Positions 58,921-64,000 of a stretch of DNA of 64,000 nt are shown piece after piece (the stretch's first letter is position 1; each line of letters starts with the position of its first letter). Position numbers and translations under genes: made by a program. This stretch comes from an uncultured Chloroflexia bacterium (GTDB lineage: Bacteria; Chloroflexota; Limnocylindria; Limnocylindrales; CSP1-4): contig CAVTHS010000002.1 of NCBI GenBank assembly GCA_963734535.1, forward strand, positions 192,001-256,000. Reading direction: 5' to 3'. The notes beneath the pieces are model-generated. The model was not told the origin of the DNA. It did not search any database and was given only the letters and a program-made list of their open reading frames with translations.

Positions 58921-59310
58921 TCAGTGCGCCACGGGGAGCAGGTGATCGACTTCGTACACCAGGACCTCGGGCGAGACCGGCTTCTCCATGAATCGCTGGA
59001 CGGGCATCCACCCATCATCCCGGTCCTGGGTCGCCAGCTCGCGATCGGAGATCACCTCATCCACTCGGCTGAGCATGATCAATGGCAGCGCGGGGAACTC
59101 ACCGGCGAGCGTGCGCGCCAGGTCGAACCCGGCCATCCCGCCATCGAGCATCGCCTCGAGCACCACGACATCGGGCGCCTCGCGACGCACGGCGTCGAGT
59201 CCCTGGGCGGTGGTGGCTGCCGTCGAGACGGCGTGCCCGTCCGCCTCGAGCGCGGCCGCGTTCCGCGCGACGACCCCCGCGTCGTCATCCACGAGAAGGA
59301 TGCGTGCCAT
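58921..59310 (-). CDS. Single-domain receiver protein with Glu at the phosphoacceptor position
   Basis: MARILLVDDD...PDVVVLEAML...IMLS...EKP. Confidence 0.88.
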   Translation of the reverse strand: MARILLVDDDAGVVARNAAALEADGHAVSTAATTAQGLDAVRREAPDVVVLEAMLDGGMAGFDLARTLAGEFPALPLIMLSRVDEVISDRELATQDRDDGWMPVQRFMEKPVSPEVLVYEVDHLLPVAH

Positions 59311-59567
59311 TCCCGTCCAGTCCCGAGGCGGCCCCGCTCCGCCCGCTCCCGTGTCCACGGTCCGTTCGGCCGTTTGGACTGTTGTGCTGTTTCAAGGAAG
59401 AGCGTATCGATCGGCACATGATTGGCCGCCCGTAGATCGGCCCTTCGGCACAGGCCCAACGGCCCGACATGGACGTGCCGAGTCGTCCCGGGCCCCGAGC
59501 TCGTGCTCTCGGACCCGTTGGGTCCGGGTCACCGGCATCTCGGCCCTCGCGCGCTACGATGCTTCGT

Positions 59568-59909
59568 GTGCATGAGTTCTCGATCGCCGAGGCCCTCGCG
59601 GCCCAGGTGCAGCGTCACGCGCCCGCGGTGGGACGGGTGACCGAGGTGGACATCACGGTCGGCGCGCTGCGCGGTCTGGAGCCCGAGGCGCTCCGGATGT
59701 CCTGGGAGGCCGTGACCCACGGGACGCCGATCGCGGGCGCGATTCTGAACGTGGACCTGCGGCCGTGGTCCATTGCGTGCTCGACGTGCGGGCGGGCCTG
59801 GACGAGCCCGGTCCCGTTCGTCTCCTGCGAATGCGGCGATCCGTCACCCGTGCCGAAGGCCGGTGACGAGCTCGATCTCGTCGCGCTCACGATCGAGGAG
59901 GAACCCTGA
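59568..59909 (+). CDS. hypA: Hydrogenase nickel chaperone HypA
   Basis: (M)HEFSIA, VGALRG, CSTC...CEC, GDELDL. Confidence 0.9.
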   Translation: MHEFSIAEALAAQVQRHAPAVGRVTEVDITVGALRGLEPEALRMSWEAVTHGTPIAGAILNVDLRPWSIACSTCGRAWTSPVPFVSCECGDPSPVPKAGDELDLVALTIEEEP

Positions 59910-59910
59910 C

Positions 59911-60567
59911 ATGTCCGAGGGTGCGCTGACGACCCGCATTCCGCTCGTTGAGCGGGTCCTGGAGGCGAACGACGAGGTCGCCGCCGACAACCGCGCCGAA
60001 TTGGAGCGTCGAGGCATCTTCTCGATCGACCTGATCGGGGCGCCCGGCAGCGGGAAGACCGCGCTTCTCGAGGCGACGCTGCGGGCGCTCGAGGGCCGTC
60101 GTCATCCCGCCGTCCTCGTCGGCGACCTCGCGACGCGGCGAGACGGCGACCGGCTGGCACGCTGGTGTGACAAGGTGATCCAGATCTCAACCGGTCAGGG
60201 CTGTCACCTGGAGGCGAACCAGGTCCGCGATGCCCTCGCCCAGATCGAGCTGGACGGGGTGGACCTGCTCTTCATCGAGAACGTCGGGAACCTGATCTGC
60301 CCGGTGGGCTTCGACCTGGGGCAGGCGGCCAAGGTCGGCCTCTTCAGCCTGACCGAGGGCGACGACAAGGCGGCCAAGCATCCCTACCTGGTCGAGGCAG
60401 CCGACCTCATCCTGCTCAACAAGATCGACCTGCTCCCGCACGTGTCGTTCGATCGGGCGACTTTCGAGGCGGACGTGCGCCTGCTCAATCCGGGGGTCCC
60501 GATCCTCGACGTCTCGGCGACGACCGGCGAGGGGCTCGACGCCTGGCTCGCCTGGCTCGACCGCTAG
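59911..60567 (+). CDS. hypB: Hydrogenase nickel insertion GTPase HypB
   Basis: GAPGSGKT, CHLEA, ENVGNLICP, EGDDK, NKIDL. Confidence 0.95.
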   Translation: MSEGALTTRIPLVERVLEANDEVAADNRAELERRGIFSIDLIGAPGSGKTALLEATLRALEGRRHPAVLVGDLATRRDGDRLARWCDKVIQISTGQGCHLEANQVRDALAQIELDGVDLLFIENVGNLICPVGFDLGQAAKVGLFSLTEGDDKAAKHPYLVEAADLILLNKIDLLPHVSFDRATFEADVRLLNPGVPILDVSATTGEGLDAWLAWLDR

Positions 60568-60650
60568 GATCGCCCCGCGGCGGGACCGCGCCGCGGCGGC
60601 CCCACGGCCGGGTGCGCGTGGGTGCGCGTGGCAGCGCGGCGGCCGACCGG

Positions 60651-61472
60651 TCAGCTTCCGGCGGCAGCGGCAACCTCGCCGGGCGCCTTGCCCTTCGGCC
60701 AGTAGAGCTCCTTCTTGACGTGGAACTCCGGGAAGCCGCGCCCCATCAGCGCGCCTTCGACGTTGAGGATCATCTCGGGGTTGCCGCAGATGTAGACGAC
60801 CGTCCGGTCCGCGGACAGGTGCAGGTCGTGGCAGACATCGCCGACCACGGCCTCGACGCGCCCGGTCCGGCCCGCCCAGGCGGCGTTGCGCGGGTCCAGC
60901 GGCCGCGAAACCGTGGGGACGTACCGGAGCGGGTAGGAGGCGTCGCGCTCCAGGCCCTCCAGGATCTCGCGATAGCCCAGCTCCTCGGCGAACGAGACGC
61001 CATGCAGGACAACGGTCTTGCGCGGGCTTCCGGCGAGCTGCGTCTGGCGGATCATCGCGAGGAACGGAGCGATCCCGGTCCCGGTGGAGACATACAGGTG
61101 GGTCCGGTGGTCATCGGGCTCGAGCATGAAGCGACCCTTCGGCCCGATCAGCCGCATCCGTGCCCCTTCGCGGAGGCGCCAGAGGAGCGTCGTGAACCGG
61201 ATCACCGGCACCAGGCGAACATAGAGCTCGTAGCCTTCGGTCCCCGCGACAGCAGGCGCCGACGCGACGGAGTAGGGGCGCTGCCAGAGCTTGCCATCGG
61301 CGAAGACGCCGGCAGTCATGTACTGGCCGGCCTCGAACGGGACCGGATCGCCGTCGAGCCGCACCCAGAAGCTCGCCAGCTCGGCCGAATGATCCTCGCG
61401 GCGGACCAAGGTGGCGTTGTACTGGGGCGCCTCCTCGGCGATGACACGGGTGTCCTCGACGTGATGGCTCAT
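60651..61472 (-). CDS. fpr: Ferredoxin-NADP+ reductase (FNR family)
   Basis: FEAGQY, RPYSVAS, TGTGIAPF, YICGNPEM, ELYW. Confidence 0.88.
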   Translation of the reverse strand: MSHHVEDTRVIAEEAPQYNATLVRREDHSAELASFWVRLDGDPVPFEAGQYMTAGVFADGKLWQRPYSVASAPAVAGTEGYELYVRLVPVIRFTTLLWRLREGARMRLIGPKGRFMLEPDDHRTHLYVSTGTGIAPFLAMIRQTQLAGSPRKTVVLHGVSFAEELGYREILEGLERDASYPLRYVPTVSRPLDPRNAAWAGRTGRVEAVVGDVCHDLHLSADRTVVYICGNPEMILNVEGALMGRGFPEFHVKKELYWPKGKAPGEVAAAAGS

Positions 61473-61736
61473 TCCTCGCGGGGCCTCCTGGCGGCGGTGA
61501 TTCGCGTTCGCCGGACTCGAGTGTAGCCGGAGCCGGGCCTGACTCGCCGGGCCCGCCCCGGCGGGTCGTTGCCGGCCGGCGGCACGAGCGGGCCATTGGA
61601 CCCGCCCGTACGGGCCGGACGCGGGTCGGGAGCGGCGGCGCCCAGCGGTACAATCGCCGGGTCAGCTTGACTTGGTCATCCCCGCGGCACGCTGTCTCGC
61701 GCGTCGCGCCGTGTCCACCACCGGAGGTATCGCTCA

Positions 61737-64000
61737 ATGCCGGAGTCTGCCACGCGCGCTCACGTCGCCGCCAAGCGCTACATCTACGCCTGGGGCGACG
61801 GCCGGGCCGAAGGCCACGGCAGGATGAAGGATCTCCTGGGCGGCAAGGGCGCCGGGCTCGCCGAGATGACGAACGCGGGCCTGCCGACGCCGCCGGGATT
61901 CACGATCACGACCGAGGCCTGCAACGATTACTTCGCCGCCGGCAAGCAGCTGCCGGCCGGCCTCTGGGATGACGTCCTCGCCGCCGTCCGCGACGTCGAG
62001 AAGCAGACCGGCAAGGGCTTTGGGGATCCGAAGAACCCGCTCCTGGTCTCCGTCCGCTCGGGCGCGAAGTTCTCGATGCCGGGCATGATGGATACCGTCC
62101 TGAACCTGGGCCTCAACGAGGAGACGCTGACCGGCCTCGTGGCGCTCACGGGCAACGAGCGCTTCGGCTGGGACGCCTACCGGCGCTTCATCCAGATGTT
62201 CGGACGGATCGTCCTCGACGTCGACGGCGAGCTGTTCGAGCATGCCATCCAGGCGAAGAAGACCGCCCGTGGCGCGGCCGCGGACACGGACCTGGTTGCC
62301 TCCGACCTCCGCGAGCTCGTGACGGAGTTCAAGGCAATCGTCCGCGACGCGACCGGCCGTGACTTCCCGAGCGACCCGAACGAGCAGCTGGACCTGGCCA
62401 TCAAGGCCGTCTTCGCGTCGTGGTTCGGCAAGCGCGCCAACGACTACCGCAACAGCCAGAAGATCGCCCACGACCTCGGTACCGCCGTCAACGTCGTGAC
62501 GATGGTCTTCGGCAACATGGGCGACGACTCGGGGACCGGCGTCGCGTTCACCCGCGACCCGAACACCGGGGAGAAGGAGCTCTACGGGGAGTACCTCGTC
62601 AACGCCCAGGGCGAGGACGTGGTGGCCGGCATCCGGACGCCCCAGAAGATCAGCCATCTCGCCGACGAGATGCCCGAGGCGTACGCGGAGTTCCAGCGGA
62701 TCGCGAACCAGCTCGAGCTGCACTACCGGAACGTGCAGGACCTCGAGTTCACGATCGAGCGCGGCCGCCTCTACATGCTCCAGACCCGCGACGCGAAGCG
62801 GACTGCCGCCGCGGCCGTGAAGATCGCCTGCGACATGGTCGACGACGGCGTCATCACCAAGGCCGAGGCGGTCGCCCGGATCGAGCCGGCCCAGGTCGAC
62901 CAGCTCCTGCGCGACCAGTTCGACCCGGTCGCCCGCAAGGTTGCCAAGCGGATCGCCAAGGGCCTGAATGCCTCGCCCGGCGCCGCCGTCGGGCGGGCCG
63001 TCTTCAACGCGGACGTCGCGGTGGAGTGGGTCGGGCGCGGCGAGAAGGTCGTCCTGGTTCGCGTCGAGACGTCGCCGGACGACTTCCACGGCATGGCCGT
63101 GGCGCAGGGGATCCTGACCGCGCGCGGCGGCGCCACGTCGCATGCGGCAGTGGTCGCCCGCCAGATCGGCAAGCCCTGCGTGGCCGGGTGCGCCGAGCTG
63201 GTCGTCGACTACGCGACGAAGACGGCACACAGCTCGGACAGCGGGCTCAGCTTCGCCGAGGGCGACTGGGTCAGCGTCGACGGCTCCACCGGCGAGGTCT
63301 TCGTCGGCGCGCTTCCGACCGTCTCCGCCCGGTTCGAGGACCAGCCGGAGCTCCAGCGGGTCCTCGGCTGGGCCGACGAGATTCGCCGCCTCCAGATCTG
63401 GACCAACGCCGACAAGCCCGAGGAGGCCGCCCAGGCCCGCTCGTACGGTGCCCAGGGGATCGGCCTTTGCCGGACCGAGCACATGTTCCGCGAGGGCGAG
63501 CGCCTGGAGATCGTGCGGGGTGCCATCCTGGTCGCGAATGCCGCGACCCGGGCAAAGGTGAAGGTGGCCGCGGGCGACGCCCTGGACGCGGACGAGCGGG
63601 CCGTGGTGGCCGAGTTCGACGCGGCGATGCGGAAGCTCGAGGTGCTCCAGCAGGGTGACTTCGAGGGGATCCTGGCGGCGATGAGCGGCCTGCCGGTCGT
63701 CATTCGCCTGATCGATCCGCCCCTCCACGAGTTCCTCCCGAACCTCGAGGACCAGCTCGTCAAGGTGACCAGGGCCGGCGACGCTGCAACGGAAGAGGAC
63801 AAGGAGCTGCTCGCCACCATCAAGTCGATGCACGAGCAGAACCCGATGCTGGGCCTGCGCGGCTGCCGTCTCGGGCTGATGATCCCCGACTTCGTGAAGA
63901 TCCAGACCCGCGCCATCCTCAACGCCGCCGTGGCGGTGAAGCGGGCCGGCAAGGATCCGCGCCCGGAGATCATGATCCCGCTCGTCGGTCACGTGAACGA
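61737..64000 (+). CDS. ppdK: Pyruvate phosphate dikinase (3' truncated by window; absent from the ORF track)
   Basis: ATG at 61737 after GGAGG; read directly: LLGGKGAGLAEM, PLLVSVRSGAKFSMPGMMDT, GGATSHAAVVAR, GIGLCRTEHMF, NPMLGLRGCRLG. Confidence 0.97.
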   Translation, partial: MPESATRAHVAAKRYIYAWGDGRAEGHGRMKDLLGGKGAGLAEMTNAGLPTPPGFTITTEACNDYFAAGKQLPAGLWDDVLAAVRDVEKQTGKGFGDPKNPLLVSVRSGAKFSMPGMMDTVLNLGLNEETLTGLVALTGNERFGWDAYRRFIQMFGRIVLDVDGELFEHAIQAKKTARGAAADTDLVASDLRELVTEFKAIVRDATGRDFPSDPNEQLDLAIKAVFASWFGKRANDYRNSQKIAHDLGTAVNVVTMVFGNMGDDSGTGVAFTRDPNTGEKELYGEYLVNAQGEDVVAGIRTPQKISHLADEMPEAYAEFQRIANQLELHYRNVQDLEFTIERGRLYMLQTRDAKRTAAAAVKIACDMVDDGVITKAEAVARIEPAQVDQLLRDQFDPVARKVAKRIAKGLNASPGAAVGRAVFNADVAVEWVGRGEKVVLVRVETSPDDFHGMAVAQGILTARGGATSHAAVVARQIGKPCVAGCAELVVDYATKTAHSSDSGLSFAEGDWVSVDGSTGEVFVGALPTVSARFEDQPELQRVLGWADEIRRLQIWTNADKPEEAAQARSYGAQGIGLCRTEHMFREGERLEIVRGAILVANAATRAKVKVAAGDALDADERAVVAEFDAAMRKLEVLQQGDFEGILAAMSGLPVVIRLIDPPLHEFLPNLEDQLVKVTRAGDAATEEDKELLATIKSMHEQNPMLGLRGCRLGLMIPDFVKIQTRAILNAAVAVKRAGKDPRPEIMIPLVGHVN

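Noticed and set aside
56135-59011. 958-aa minus-strand ORF
   Set aside because: Only the last 284 aa (from 56989) are EchB; the rest is an off-frame reading of echA.
61734-63992. 752-aa minus-strand ORF
   Set aside because: Antisense shadow of ppdK, which is missing from the track because it has no stop inside the window.

Overview
Very GC-rich bacterial chromosome segment. Gene content and synteny suggest Chloroflexota, possibly Limnocylindria; this is inference and was not checked against a database. From left to right: (1) 1-12.7 kb, the end of the S10-spc-alpha ribosomal superoperon (rplP to rplQ, secY, adk, map, infA, rpoA) plus truA-rplM-rpsI. (2) 12.7-34.4 kb, a housekeeping run: TPR protein, cdaA-cdaR-glmM-glmS, acpS, nnrD, alr, a macro-domain gene, an orphan GlmL-like module, tsaE-tsaB-rimI-tsaD, rsmA, ispE, ridA, glmU and a CNNM/CBS protein. 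(3) 34.5-44.8 kb, an accessory block with a NarX/NarL-type two-component pair and a 2241-aa secreted multicopper oxidase carrying an FN3-like domain and seven Ig-like repeats. (4) 44.8-49.4 kb, PPOX genes, a prenyl synthase, recO and glyQS. (5) 49.5-50.7 kb, a lone HTH plus PD-(D/E)XK nuclease-like gene bracketed by two different ~51-bp tandem arrays; this is the best candidate for an undescribed system. (6) 50.8-64 kb, an anaerobic energy block: receiver protein-echABCDEF-ferredoxin-nfnAB, hypAB, FNR and a partial ppdK. Five genes show apparent +1 frameshifts that most likely are sequencing insertions. I recognised no tRNA, rRNA or CRISPR array.
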